Below are positions 8,750 through 16,506 of a DNA stretch of 40,883 bases, one piece after another (the first letter of the stretch is position 1; every line of letters starts with the position of its first letter). Origin of the DNA: a virus; the UHGV virus genome UHGV-0848487. The stretch is one strand, 5' to 3'. A program made the position numbers and the translations under genes. Under the pieces are notes generated by a model, which was given only the letters and a program-made list of their open reading frames with translations, was not told where the DNA came from and ran no database searches.

Positions 8750-10000
8750 TTAAAGTGCGAAAGTCACCGGGATGTTGATTACTGGTTTAACCACCGGCAT
8801 CTCGTAAACTACAGGATAGCCGAGAGCATCCGCCATATGGTCAATGACGCCGTCTTTAGCTGGCTCTCCGTTATCATCGTATGCCTGCTGCTCCAGCGTC
8901 TTCGCTATCTCGGGGCATAAGTGGTCATTAACCCACAGCTTACCTTTTTCCAGTGCGGTATTCACGGCTAAAACACGGTCTTTAACCGGAGGGTTGGCGG
9001 ATTTAGCGCGAACATCGAAACCGGCCTGCTGGAGTAACGCAATATCTGAGATTGACGCCGAGTTGGTCTTGCGGTTCTTGCCGCTGGCGTCCGGGTAAAC
9101 GACTATGCGGTGGCCCTGCGACTTCCACTTCTCAGTAATTACACGCACGGTGTCCGGCGTATCAAACAGACCTTTCAGTTCTGCCACCGCGTGCCAGCCG
9201 TCTTTACGTTGCACATACACGGCGCTGGCGTTCTTCGTAACGTTGAAGTCCTGCCCGATGTACAGTGTATCGCCCGGTTGAATTGTCTCTTTGCTGCGGT
9301 GCTTGCGACGGTCATACGCATAATACACGCTGCCGGATGTCAGGTTAACGAACTCACCGTTCAGGTACGCGTTAATCAGTTGCGCGGGGTAAGTCTCGGT
9401 CAGTGAGCTAATGTAGTCAGGCGGCAGGAATCGCGCGTTCTCGTGTGTAGAAGCCTGCACCATCGAGTAACTCGGCGTCGGGTTCTCTTTGAACTTGGCG
9501 TAGACGAACTTGAACCCTTCCGGTGTCGTGGTGACAGAGATGTGGTTAGTTACGCCGGGGATAACCAGACGCATACGGGCGACTATTTTGTTCCACGCCA
9601 GCTCAGCTTTCTCACGGCTCAATACATCAAGCTCATCCACGACCGCAGCAGCGATTTTGAAGCCGACTATCGAGCCTGGGTTATCCATAGAACGGCAGAT
9701 AACTGTACCTAGCACCGTCTTACCGCGAGTAACCACGACTTCTTTGTCGCCAGATTTAACCAGCACATCGAGGCCGAGCAGGTTAGCGGCTTCCTCAAAT
9801 GTCGGGTAGAAGATGTCACGGATAGCCGGGTATGTCGGGCCGAAGTAACCCAGGCGCGTACCTGGATGCTTGAGCATAAACGTAAGCAGGTCAAGGCAGC
9901 CAACAAATGTCTTTCCGCTGCCGAAGCCGCCGACATAGGCTTTGTATTTGTTATCGCAATTCAGGAACAGTGCCTGCGGTGCGGATAGCTGAATACTCAT
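8750..10000 (-). CDS. terminase large subunit
   Basis: Walker A GGFGSGKT, Walker B-like AAAVVDE, C-terminal nuclease-like acidic motifs; 416 aa. Confidence 0.9.
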   Translation of the reverse strand: MSIQLSAPQALFLNCDNKYKAYVGGFGSGKTFVGCLDLLTFMLKHPGTRLGYFGPTYPAIRDIFYPTFEEAANLLGLDVLVKSGDKEVVVTRGKTVLGTVICRSMDNPGSIVGFKIAAAVVDELDVLSREKAELAWNKIVARMRLVIPGVTNHISVTTTPEGFKFVYAKFKENPTPSYSMVQASTHENARFLPPDYISSLTETYPAQLINAYLNGEFVNLTSGSVYYAYDRRKHRSKETIQPGDTLYIGQDFNVTKNASAVYVQRKDGWHAVAELKGLFDTPDTVRVITEKWKSQGHRIVVYPDASGKNRKTNSASISDIALLQQAGFDVRAKSANPPVKDRVLAVNTALEKGKLWVNDHLCPEIAKTLEQQAYDDNGEPAKDGVIDHMADALGYPVVYEMPVVKPVINIPVTFAL

Positions 10001-10542
10001 TCCTCTACCTCACCCATATTCGTTGTTACAATTTTACCTACAGGCTCTGCAACACTAAAAATAATCTCAGTCGGTGCTGTTTCTTCTGTGGACTCAACCG
10101 GTTTCTCTTTGCTGAGGCCCAGTTTAGCTGCGGCGAACGTAGCAGAGATGCCCGCGGCCCCTGTCTCAGTGAAATATGCCTCTTCCAGCGCCTGTGCTGT
10201 TTCATAGGCTTCTGCAAATGCGGGAATCTCACACAGCCACAGCTTAATAATCGGGATAGTTACGCCGATGTGTAAGGCGAAGCGGGCCAGTGACGGGGGT
10301 TTATCCTGAATCAGCGGGCGTTCGTCACCCTTAGACGTAGGCACGAGTTCCCACGACGTGCGGTCGAAGAACTCGATTAGCGCGTCGCAATAATCCGGGT
10401 CCCACAGCGCGGCGGAATTACGGGATGATTGATAAAGGCTCTGTTTACCGCGCGGTCGTTTACGGCGGCGGTTTGCACTAACAGCTTCTTCATGTGCAGC
10501 TTGCACCACCTCTGGCGATGGCTGCTTGAGTTTCAGCTTCAT
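9997..10542 (-). CDS. terminase small subunit (putative)
   Basis: ATGA overlap with terminase large subunit; preferred start ATG 10542 (MKLKLKQ) after AAGGGGA; basic N-terminal region. Confidence 0.45.
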   Translation of the reverse strand: MKLKLKQPSPEVVQAAHEEAVSANRRRKRPRGKQSLYQSSRNSAALWDPDYCDALIEFFDRTSWELVPTSKGDERPLIQDKPPSLARFALHIGVTIPIIKLWLCEIPAFAEAYETAQALEEAYFTETGAAGISATFAAAKLGLSKEKPVESTEETAPTEIIFSVAEPVGKIVTTNMGEVEE

Positions 10543-10564
10543 AGAATCCCCTTGCATATGCGTC

Positions 10565-10600
10565 TAAAGGGATTATATAAGGTGATTGGGCAGGATGTAC
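10565..10600 (-). promoter_or_regulatory. candidate late promoter (TATAAT -10, poor -35) upstream of terminase small subunit
   Basis: Minus strand reads caccTTATATAATccc about 30 nt upstream of the terminase small subunit ATG, immediately after a terminator. Confidence 0.3.
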
Positions 10601-10624
10601 AGAAAAGCCCTCGGTAGAGGGCTT
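10601..10624 (-). terminator. intrinsic terminator separating early small-gene block from late operon
   Basis: AAGCCCTC-ggta-GAGGGCTT with U-tract on minus strand. Confidence 0.55.
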
Positions 10625-10726
10625 GTATCAGTTGTATAGGCCGTGGCGTGGTGCTCTTTTACCGTCGCCGCCGTAATGGTCGTTAGCTACGGGAATGGCC
10701 CGGGCGTTAGGGATGATTAGTAGTCT

Positions 10727-10883
10727 CATTTGAAGAAACCATCCTTGACAAGCTGACGGTATAGTTTAGCTGCGTAACGCTCTGCCTGGCCTTTGCGCCG
10801 AAATATTTTCCCATTAACTGAATACTTATTTAACTCTGGCTCGTACCAAACTTGGTTGTCGATGAACTCCAGAATACTAATCA
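10727..10883 (-). CDS. hypothetical protein (52 aa)
   Basis: ATG at 10881-10883 overlapping upstream stop (ATGA); MISILEFIDNQVWYEPELNKYSVNGKIFRRKGQAERYAAKLYRQLVKDGFFK. Confidence 0.35.
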
Positions 10884-11117
10884 TTCCCCGCTCTCCTCTT
10901 TAGCAATACGTTGCTCAGTTTTAGTGATACCCCGGCGCGTGAATAACACCGGGCTTGTCTTAACGTGCGTCATCAGACGGTTGTTATAAATTACATGGCG
11001 CTCGCAGTTAACGTCTTTGCTGTACTTGGCAATCGTCATTTCGTTGATGCCGGTTTGTCGGCATGTCTCGGCCATCGTGCCGTATTCTTTAATCAGGTTT
11101 GGAATGCTGGTAATCAT
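10881..11117 (-). CDS. hypothetical protein with HTH-like segment
   Basis: Track ORF 10881..11141; preferred start ATG 11117 overlapping upstream stop; segment ETCRQTGINEMTIAKYSK resembles helix-turn-helix. Confidence 0.4.
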   Translation of the reverse strand: MITSIPNLIKEYGTMAETCRQTGINEMTIAKYSKDVNCERHVIYNNRLMTHVKTSPVLFTRRGITKTEQRIAKEESGE

Positions 11118-11284
11118 CCTAAGAAATTCCTCGTTGTCCACATCGCATTCGGATATTTGTTATCGCGGTCCTGCACTACGGCAACCATGTTACCGCGTTG
11201 CACCAGGCAAAAGTGCCGTTGTTGCTCGCCGTTGTAACGACGCCAGATTGCTTCTTCGATTGCCGCGTTAATGTCACTGAACAT
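11114..11284 (-). CDS. hypothetical protein (56 aa)
   Basis: ATG 11282-11284; stop overlaps next start; under ORF-track cutoff. Confidence 0.3.
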   Translation of the reverse strand: MFSDINAAIEEAIWRRYNGEQQRHFCLVQRGNMVAVVQDRDNKYPNAMWTTRNFLG

Positions 11285-11286
11285 AA

Positions 11287-11469
11287 TCACCCCACTATCT
11301 CATCACCAAGCCACGCCGTTTCTCGTATATCGTCGACCACACAGGCGGCGTGCTCACGGCTAATTGCAAAAATGTAGAAACTAAACTTCTTCCCGTCGGC
11401 GTCGATATGGTTAACCGAGTAGGGTTTCCACAGGACACCATCAATTACTACTGGTTTAGGCGACTCCAT
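11287..11469 (-). CDS. hypothetical protein (60 aa)
   Basis: ORF track; part of tightly packed early operon. Confidence 0.35.
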   Translation of the reverse strand: MESPKPVVIDGVLWKPYSVNHIDADGKKFSFYIFAISREHAACVVDDIRETAWLGDEIVG

Positions 11470-11713
11470 ACGCTTTACCGCATTTTAAGCATGTGACTCG
11501 ATGCACCCCATCAACTAAATGCAGGCGGTAATCATGCTCGCAGGCGTTCATCTTTTCCTCTTCTCCTCTCAACAACATGAGAAGAACCTTAAATGCGGCT
11601 AACTGGTACTCACCGTTAATTGACAGTTGCCCGCCTAACGTCTGTTTCTCCGACTCAAGCACCAGAATACGGCGCTCGAGCGATGCGATTGTGATTTTAG
11701 GCATTGGTGTCAC
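11456..11713 (-). CDS. hypothetical coiled-coil / zinc-ribbon protein (85 aa)
   Basis: N-terminal heptad-like region, C-terminal CEHDY...CLKCGK Cys pairs. Confidence 0.4.
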   Translation of the reverse strand: MTPMPKITIASLERRILVLESEKQTLGGQLSINGEYQLAAFKVLLMLLRGEEEKMNACEHDYRLHLVDGVHRVTCLKCGKAYGVA

Positions 11714-11882
11714 CTTTGTTCAGGTTGAAGCGGTTAATCAGTTCACGGCGTGTCTCGTATAGCGACTCAACCATTTGCTCGGCTACCGCGATTTTAGTAT
11801 TCAGGACGTACATCACGTGCCCGATGTCTACGCCGCCGTCAACGGCCTCTACCATCATCTTTTCATATTCGCGGTCAGTCAT
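11697..11882 (-). CDS. hypothetical protein
   Basis: Track ORF 11697..11897; preferred ATG 11882 (MTDREYEK) overlapping upstream stop. Confidence 0.35.
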   Translation of the reverse strand: MTDREYEKMMVEAVDGGVDIGHVMYVLNTKIAVAEQMVESLYETRRELINRFNLNKGDTNA

Positions 11883-12034
11883 TTCTTCTCTCCCCACATG
11901 CGATTGAGATACTTGTTCTTGTCCGGCCCAGGGAAACTGTTACGTTTCATCAGTTCCTCGCGTGTCGGGAACGGAGTGTGACTTACTTTACGACCTACGC
12001 GTAACGGTTGGCTTATCTGACCTTGTTCGCTCAT
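11879..12034 (-). CDS. hypothetical protein (51 aa)
   Basis: ATG 12032-12034 after GGAGAG; ends ...GEKK with ATGA overlap; under track cutoff. Confidence 0.3.
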   Translation of the reverse strand: MSEQGQISQPLRVGRKVSHTPFPTREELMKRNSFPGPDKNKYLNRMWGEKK

Positions 12035-12180
12035 TTCTTCTCTCCTGCATAAGCTGCTTTCAGTGTCTGCATCGCGGCGAACCAGAACGCGTCCGCAGGA
12101 ATGCTGTTGCTCAGGTTACTAACGGCGATGCGTGCCATCAGTTGCGCATCTTTGAATGCTTCGGTATCTGTGATTTTCAT
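12031..12180 (-). CDS. hypothetical protein (49 aa)
   Basis: ATG 12178-12180 after GGAG; ends ...GEKK; shares 15-nt junction repeat with neighbour. Confidence 0.3.
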   Translation of the reverse strand: MKITDTEAFKDAQLMARIAVSNLSNSIPADAFWFAAMQTLKAAYAGEKK

Positions 12181-12213
12181 CTTCTCTACTCCGTTCTCGT
12201 TGTCGATGGAGTA

Positions 12214-12242
12214 AATATAATTGGTGTGAGAGTAATAGTCAA
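12214..12242 (-). promoter_or_regulatory. sigma70-like promoter TTGACT-N17-TATATT (minus strand)
   Basis: Read on minus strand upstream of the 12180 gene block. Confidence 0.4.
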
Positions 12243-12271
12243 CTAGTCATTGCGGAAGATAGATAAAAAAA

Positions 12272-12296
12272 ATCCCGGCTGGGTCAGGGCCGGGAT
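12272..12296 (-). terminator. strong intrinsic terminator
   Basis: ATCCCGGC-9 nt loop-GCCGGGAT followed by 7-8 U on minus strand. Confidence 0.7.
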
Positions 12297-12375
12297 AAAA
12301 CTGGAGAGCAGAGGGATGGAACAGGAGGTGATTTAAGTATCGTCGGATTAGTCTCAGGTGTCAATTGGTAAAATA

Positions 12376-12400
12376 AAACCCGAATTCGCGGTCCGGGTTT
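12376..12400 (-). terminator. intrinsic terminator downstream of endolysin
   Basis: AAACCCG-11 nt loop-CGGGTTT followed by TATTTTA on minus strand. Confidence 0.45.
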
Positions 12401-12529
12401 CGGTCATAAGCCCCTGAACCCTACGCAGTCTCCACCGCTTGGGCTGCTGCTTCAGGTTTACCAGGGCTTAGTATGCAAATACGAAAAACTTGGCCTGACC
12501 ATAATACTAAACGCCTTCGTATTCGTCCA

Positions 12530-13033
12530 TCATTTAACTGCCCTCCCGATAGCTTCAGCCTCTCGCCACGGTTTACCGTCGAACAGCGCCAGACGTCCGG
12601 CAACACGTCGACGTAGACCAAGCACAGGCTCGAGTTTACCTGTTTTCGGGTTGCGCTGGTTAATAAACTGACTCATCTTGTGCCGTAAGGTAGGGATGTC
12701 ACCCTGCCGTAGTGCCTTACCGGTTCCGGTATTAGCTGCGATAACACCAGTTCCTGCGTTGAACACCAGGTCAACAACAGCATCAAACTGAGCCTGGGTA
12801 AGTGACGGATGTGCCACCTCGTCGACCGCTTTCACCGCCCACTGCATATCGCGGTTCAGTAACAGCAGCCCCTGGCCCTCAGTAATCTTCTGTCCTTCGT
12901 ACACATCCGGCCCGGTATGGCCCCAGCCGATAGTCCAGTATTTTTCGTTCTTTGTTGCTTTGTATGCAGTTCCGCGGAACCCTTCGAACGCTGCGGTAAA
13001 ATGCGATCCATTATCTGAAATGTTTCGAGACAC
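12530..13033 (-). CDS. endolysin, glycoside hydrolase family 24 (T4/P22-type lysozyme)
   Basis: Motifs FEGFRGTAY ... TIGWGHTG ... LTQAQFDAVVDLVFNAG match phage lysozyme catalytic Glu/Asp/Thr region and helical core. Confidence 0.9.
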   Translation of the reverse strand: MSRNISDNGSHFTAAFEGFRGTAYKATKNEKYWTIGWGHTGPDVYEGQKITEGQGLLLLNRDMQWAVKAVDEVAHPSLTQAQFDAVVDLVFNAGTGVIAANTGTGKALRQGDIPTLRHKMSQFINQRNPKTGKLEPVLGLRRRVAGRLALFDGKPWREAEAIGRAVK

Positions 13034-13283
13034 GCTTGTGCCCTCCGTACGATAGCCACGCCTGACGAATCTGACGCAGCGCGACTAATGTGATTAATGT
13101 CTCGGGCAGCGTTGGCGACATGCTGCCCTGTAACAGGTGGATACTCCCGGCGGCGCAGACGATAGCGGTCAGGATATAGAGCACCCGACCGAATAATCCG
13201 TCATCAACGCTGGGGTGGTATACATTAAACAGCGATGTGCCCCCGATTGCCAGCATACCGCCGAACCAGAATAGCTCATTCAT
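13011..13283 (-). CDS. membrane protein, holin/antiholin-like
   Basis: 90 aa with two hydrophobic segments, between holin and endolysin. Confidence 0.5.
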   Translation of the reverse strand: MNELFWFGGMLAIGGTSLFNVYHPSVDDGLFGRVLYILTAIVCAAGSIHLLQGSMSPTLPETLITLVALRQIRQAWLSYGGHKRVSKHFR

Positions 13284-13584
13284 CCGGGCCTCCTCGACGT
13301 GAGATGTATTCTCCGGCGACGATACCAGAGAGACGGGAATAGATAGGCATCCAGAGAATGGCGATGATGAATCCGAGGCCAGCTATCTCGCGCTCGCCGG
13401 TAATACCGAACCATTGGGCAGCGAGAGGTGCACCAAATACAGCGCAGGTGAAGCCGGTTGCGATAAAGCAGAAGCCGTCGATAGGGCCGGAAATAACGGA
13501 CTTATGTTGTCGTAGTCCGATAACCCCTCCGGCTAGTGCGGCAGCGAGAAGCCACCCCGTCACTGTTTCAGTAAATTTATCCAA
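13276..13584 (-). CDS. holin (putative, multi-TMD)
   Basis: 102 aa with three hydrophobic helices and charged C-terminus; TTG start preceded by GGAGGA; first gene of lysis cassette. Confidence 0.55.
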   Translation of the reverse strand: MDKFTETVTGWLLAAALAGGVIGLRQHKSVISGPIDGFCFIATGFTCAVFGAPLAAQWFGITGEREIAGLGFIIAILWMPIYSRLSGIVAGEYISRRGGPDE

Positions 13585-13589
13585 GATGA

Positions 13590-13629
13590 ATCCTCCAGGT
13601 GCGTATTAAGTATGCAGTAACTGGAGGAT
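13590..13629 (-). promoter_or_regulatory. 9-bp inverted repeat that can sequester the holin Shine-Dalgarno
   Basis: ATCCTCCAG ...22 nt... CTGGAGGAT; 3' arm contains the GGAGGA RBS 6 nt before holin start. Confidence 0.45.
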
Positions 13630-13659
13630 AGCACGGTTAGGAATTATCTTAATAACGGT

Positions 13660-13962
13660 TTATTTATGTCTCCAGATGTATTGTCGTCTCTGCGGCTTCG
13701 TCGGAATATCATTGTATCCCAGCGATTTCCAGTAATTAAATAACCGGTTAGCGATAGCTGCGCGTTCCTTTGTTTTAAACTCACCGAGATTCACGGCCTT
13801 CCCGTTCTGGAACCCACAGGCGCGGACAGCCTTGCGTCTGGCCTGAATCTCTGGGTACAGCGCGTTACGGCGGCGCTTGTATATCTGTGTTTTAGCTCTC
13901 GGTGACAGCGGCGCAAGGCCGCTTCGTTTCAGGATGCCAGGCTCATAGGTCGAGAATCTCAC
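13660..13962 (-). CDS. basic hypothetical protein (possible nucleic-acid binding)
   Basis: 100 aa, Arg/Lys-rich; directly upstream of lysis cassette. Confidence 0.35.
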   Translation of the reverse strand: MRFSTYEPGILKRSGLAPLSPRAKTQIYKRRRNALYPEIQARRKAVRACGFQNGKAVNLGEFKTKERAAIANRLFNYWKSLGYNDIPTKPQRRQYIWRHK

Positions 13963-14122
13963 GCGCTAATTCATCCGTCTTCCAGTCGCACGGGCTGTTT
14001 AACACCTGCTTAGCGAACCCTCGAAGTTTGCGCTCCAGCTCCACGTAATCTTCGTAGCGGACAAAATTACCTTCCAGGGCCTGAAACATATCGCCGTGGT
14101 CGTTTTCATATCTATGTACCAT
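13943..14122 (-). CDS. hypothetical protein (59 aa)
   Basis: Track ORF 13943..14167; preferred ATG 14122 overlapping upstream stop (TGATG). Confidence 0.3.
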   Translation of the reverse strand: MVHRYENDHGDMFQALEGNFVRYEDYVELERKLRGFAKQVLNSPCDWKTDELAREILDL

Positions 14123-14301
14123 CACTCCACCCCTTCCACACGTGTAATTGACCCGCAGTTCGCGCACTCGACATAATCCGGGAACTGGTCTTTGTATTTC
14201 TGCAACTCGGCTTCGAGTTTCACGTAAGCGCTATATAAGACCCAGTGTCCTTCATCATACGGGGCGACAAAACCGCCTTGTAATAAATATCTCTGTACCA
14301 T
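14122..14301 (-). CDS. hypothetical CxxC protein (59 aa)
   Basis: ATG 14299-14301 after AGGGGAAG; contains ECANCG motif; under track cutoff. Confidence 0.35.
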   Translation of the reverse strand: MVQRYLLQGGFVAPYDEGHWVLYSAYVKLEAELQKYKDQFPDYVECANCGSITRVEGVE

Positions 14302-14303
14302 AA

Positions 14304-14507
14304 TTACTTCCCCTGTTTACCAATGCGTTTAGGTGAGCAGATAGCGCGTATCTCTGAATCGTTAGGCTTGTCGCCCTGAAACAGAAAGTGCGCGTTCTCT
14401 GCGGCGCGTGCCGCGGACTGGCACGCCTCCATCGAATAAAACGTTTCTGATGCCGCTAGTTGCATCTGGCCCGCCGACAGTACCCAGATAAATAAGATGC
14501 TGGTCAT
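14304..14507 (-). CDS. small secreted/periplasmic protein (signal peptide), hypothetical
   Basis: Preferred ATG 14507 (MTSILFIWVLSAGQMQLAAS...) overlapping upstream stop; hydrophobic N-terminus then about 45 aa with two Cys. Confidence 0.4.
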   Translation of the reverse strand: MTSILFIWVLSAGQMQLAASETFYSMEACQSAARAAENAHFLFQGDKPNDSEIRAICSPKRIGKQGK

Positions 14508-15052
14508 CAGAAGTATTCCCCACACGTTTTACATACTTTCGTACCGAACGGCGCGGAGCCATCTGTTATTACATAATAGAAACTGTGTTTGCACTCCCGT
14601 GTACAGGCTGTTGGCTCATACTCAAGTCCGCCCCACTCACGCTTGCCGCATTCGCAGCAAAACCGGCTACCGGGCACGTTGTCCTTGTGGCCTTCGGCAA
14701 TAAACAATCCTGGAGCGATAATCCAATTGTGGTCACATTCCTGCGTATCTTCTTTTCGGCAACCAGATTGCTCCGAACCGTACGCACCTTTGCGGATAAG
14801 TTTGTATGCCTCCACGTCACCAGTAGCCTCAACCAATGCCAGATGCAACTCCTTAACTTGCCCTGTCAGGTGCGATATGTGCTCAGATTTCTTAATGTTG
14901 TCTTCCCGCAACTCCTTAATCTGCGCCGACGCATCACGTAACTGATTCTTAAGTGACTGCACCTCATGCGCCAGGTCTTCGCTCCGGCTGTTATTTACCT
15001 GCTGCCGTAGCTGGTCGATCAGGTACTCGAATATTTCGTTTTTGTTACTCAT
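14507..15052 (-). CDS. coiled-coil plus Cys-rich zinc-ribbon-like protein, hypothetical
   Basis: Preferred start MSNKNEIFEYL; N-terminal heptad region; C-terminal CDHNW...CCECGK...CTRECK...CKTCGEYF. Confidence 0.45.
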   Translation of the reverse strand: MSNKNEIFEYLIDQLRQQVNNSRSEDLAHEVQSLKNQLRDASAQIKELREDNIKKSEHISHLTGQVKELHLALVEATGDVEAYKLIRKGAYGSEQSGCRKEDTQECDHNWIIAPGLFIAEGHKDNVPGSRFCCECGKREWGGLEYEPTACTRECKHSFYYVITDGSAPFGTKVCKTCGEYF

Positions 15053-15212
15053 CAGCTTCACCCCTTTTCTCATCCACCCCGACTAGCAGCGATTTAGTGT
15101 CGCCGCCACACACCGAAGTGCTACTAATTATTTCGTAAGCGTCTACCAGTTCGCCTAAAGTCCAGCTACCGTACCAGCCCACCTCTGTCTCTCCTCTCGC
15201 TTGTGTAAATGA

Positions 15213-15241
15213 ATAGTAGCCTATTCTATCTTAGTGTGCAA
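15213..15241 (-). promoter_or_regulatory. sigma70-like promoter TTGCAC-N17-TACTAT (minus strand) overlapping GAATAG palindrome
   Basis: Minus strand TTGCACactaagatagaataggcTACTATtcattta; near-identical to promoters at 16507..16535 and 37733..37761. Confidence 0.5.
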
Positions 15242-15248
15242 GTAAATT

Positions 15249-15422
15249 TTATTGATGTGTTATGGAGTCGATGAATGCCAGTAACTCCCTTTCCGCTTCT
15301 GCCTCTCTTTCTTCAAGCGACCAGGTAGCGGATTCCTCTGTCGCCGTTGCTAAATCGGTTTTCGCATCAACCATCGTGTCGATTAACGTGATTAGTCGTT
15401 CAGCCTGTTCTTTAGTAATCAT
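15249..15422 (-). CDS. hypothetical protein (57 aa)
   Basis: ATG 15420-15422 after AGGAG; MITKEQAERLITLIDTMVDAKTDL...; the overlapping plus-strand Ser-rich ORF 15262..15483 is judged a shadow. Confidence 0.4.
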   Translation of the reverse strand: MITKEQAERLITLIDTMVDAKTDLATATEESATWSLEEREAEAERELLAFIDSITHQ

Positions 15423-15502
15423 TGTTGCATCTCCTGCAATAGTCGCTTCGATTGTTGCGTTTGATGAAAGTGTCGCCTTTTGACGACACTAAGTTAAAGT
15501 TG

Positions 15503-15524
15503 TACGCTGCTGTGTAGCAGCGTA
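15503..15524 (-). terminator. hairpin ACGCTGCT-gtgt-AGCAGCGT downstream of the 15557 gene
   Basis: Perfect 8-bp stem; modest U content after it on minus strand. Confidence 0.35.
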
Positions 15525-15556
15525 AGTCACTCAGTAAAATCCCAAACTATTGAACA

Positions 15557-15757
15557 TCACACTTCTGGCGGCTCGGGTAACGGCATCCAGTGCGTCACGT
15601 ACTTATCGTAGTGATTCCAGAAAGGCTTTCTCCCGTCATCAGGAACTATGTAATAATCGTGCTGAACTGCGTTATTTAACGTTTCATACACCAGGAACTC
15701 TTTATCCGTATACCCATTACCCGGCAGCATCTCACTACACTTAATCCACTCACCCAT
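15557..15757 (-). CDS. DUF551-like protein (66 aa)
   Basis: C-terminal THWMPLPEPP motif; paralog on the plus strand at 20925..21182 ends ITHWMYLPELPEG. Confidence 0.5.
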   Translation of the reverse strand: MGEWIKCSEMLPGNGYTDKEFLVYETLNNAVQHDYYIVPDDGRKPFWNHYDKYVTHWMPLPEPPEV

Positions 15758-15905
15758 ACCTCACACCTCTTTCAATCAAGGATTGCACACCAGCTTTCCA
15801 CGCCCGCCACGCGAGACGCGTCTTAACGTTCAGGTACTCTTTCTTTGAACCCTTGTTAACCGGCAGACCCTCGACCACAGCCCACCGTTCAAATGCTTCT
15901 CTCAT
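15750..15905 (-). CDS. hypothetical protein (51 aa)
   Basis: ATG 15903-15905 overlapping upstream stop (ATGA); under track cutoff. Confidence 0.3.
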   Translation of the reverse strand: MREAFERWAVVEGLPVNKGSKKEYLNVKTRLAWRAWKAGVQSLIERGVRYG

Positions 15906-16090
15906 ACCAGAACCTCACATTCATCCCGATACGCGAACAATAACGACCCTTTGTACTCAATCATAAAACCATAATGGTTGATGCTGAACGCCGGAAAAAC
16001 ATCACCTACCGAGATACCGAAATCTATAAGCCTGCGGTCAGTTATACGGACAAGCCTGCGGTCAGTTATACGGATTCGCATTAACGGCAA
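15902..16090 (-). CDS. hypothetical protein (62 aa) containing a 24-bp in-frame tandem duplication
   Basis: ORF track; peptide RITDRRLV duplicated. Confidence 0.4.
   Translation of the reverse strand: MPLMRIRITDRRLVRITDRRLIDFGISVGDVFPAFSINHYGFMIEYKGSLLFAYRDECEVLV
16028..16075. repeat. 24-bp tandem direct duplication (2 copies, 23/24 identical)
   Basis: aagcctgcggtcagttatacgga repeated head-to-tail. Confidence 0.9.
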
Positions 16091-16284
16091 CCTCCCTCAG
16101 AGTCGTCGGCACAAGCATCACGATTCGATGCCGTTTTGATTGCCTGTAAGCTATTTAGCATTTGCTGGCTATCCATCGTAATAATTGTAATCCCGTCCGA
16201 TAAATGCACCTCGTAGCGTTCAGCTACGAAATATATTTCCTCGAAATCATGATGTTTCAGTTCTTCAAATAATTCTTCCATCAC
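16081..16284 (-). CDS. acidic hypothetical protein (67 aa)
   Basis: ORF track; early leftward operon. Confidence 0.4.
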   Translation of the reverse strand: MMEELFEELKHHDFEEIYFVAERYEVHLSDGITIITMDSQQMLNSLQAIKTASNRDACADDSEGGCR

Positions 16285-16472
16285 TTCGCCCCTTTGAATT
16301 TAAAATTGTTGCCAATGAGTTTTAAGTTCTCCTCTTCTACGTATATTTGTGAATTTACCCCTCTCACCTTTTGCACGGTCACTACGTACTCACCGGGAAA
16401 TAAATTAGATTTTAATTCAATTATGCCGTGTTCACCGTCGGCGCATTTAACCAACTGACCATTCTTAAACAT
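16281..16472 (-). CDS. hypothetical protein, first gene of leftward early operon
   Basis: Preferred ATG 16472 (MFKNGQLVKC) after AGGAG about 10 nt upstream. Confidence 0.4.
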   Translation of the reverse strand: MFKNGQLVKCADGEHGIIELKSNLFPGEYVVTVQKVRGVNSQIYVEEENLKLIGNNFKFKGAK

Positions 16473-16506
16473 AACCCTCACTCCTCTGTCTCGTTCCGAT
16501 AAGTGA

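Noticed and set aside
10881-11141. HTH-containing 86-aa ORF as terminase small subunit
   Set aside because: Separated from the terminase large subunit by a terminator and another gene; the ORF directly overlapping the terminase large subunit start (9997..10542) is the better candidate.
12421-12621. Minus-strand 66-aa ORF overlapping endolysin 3' end
   Set aside because: Alternate-frame overlap with the endolysin and extends through two terminators; no RBS; the spanin pair is accounted for elsewhere (4833..5328).
15262-15483. Plus-strand 73-aa Ser-rich ORF
   Set aside because: Low-complexity translation; antisense to a well-formed minus-strand 57-aa gene with AGGAG RBS in an all-minus operon.
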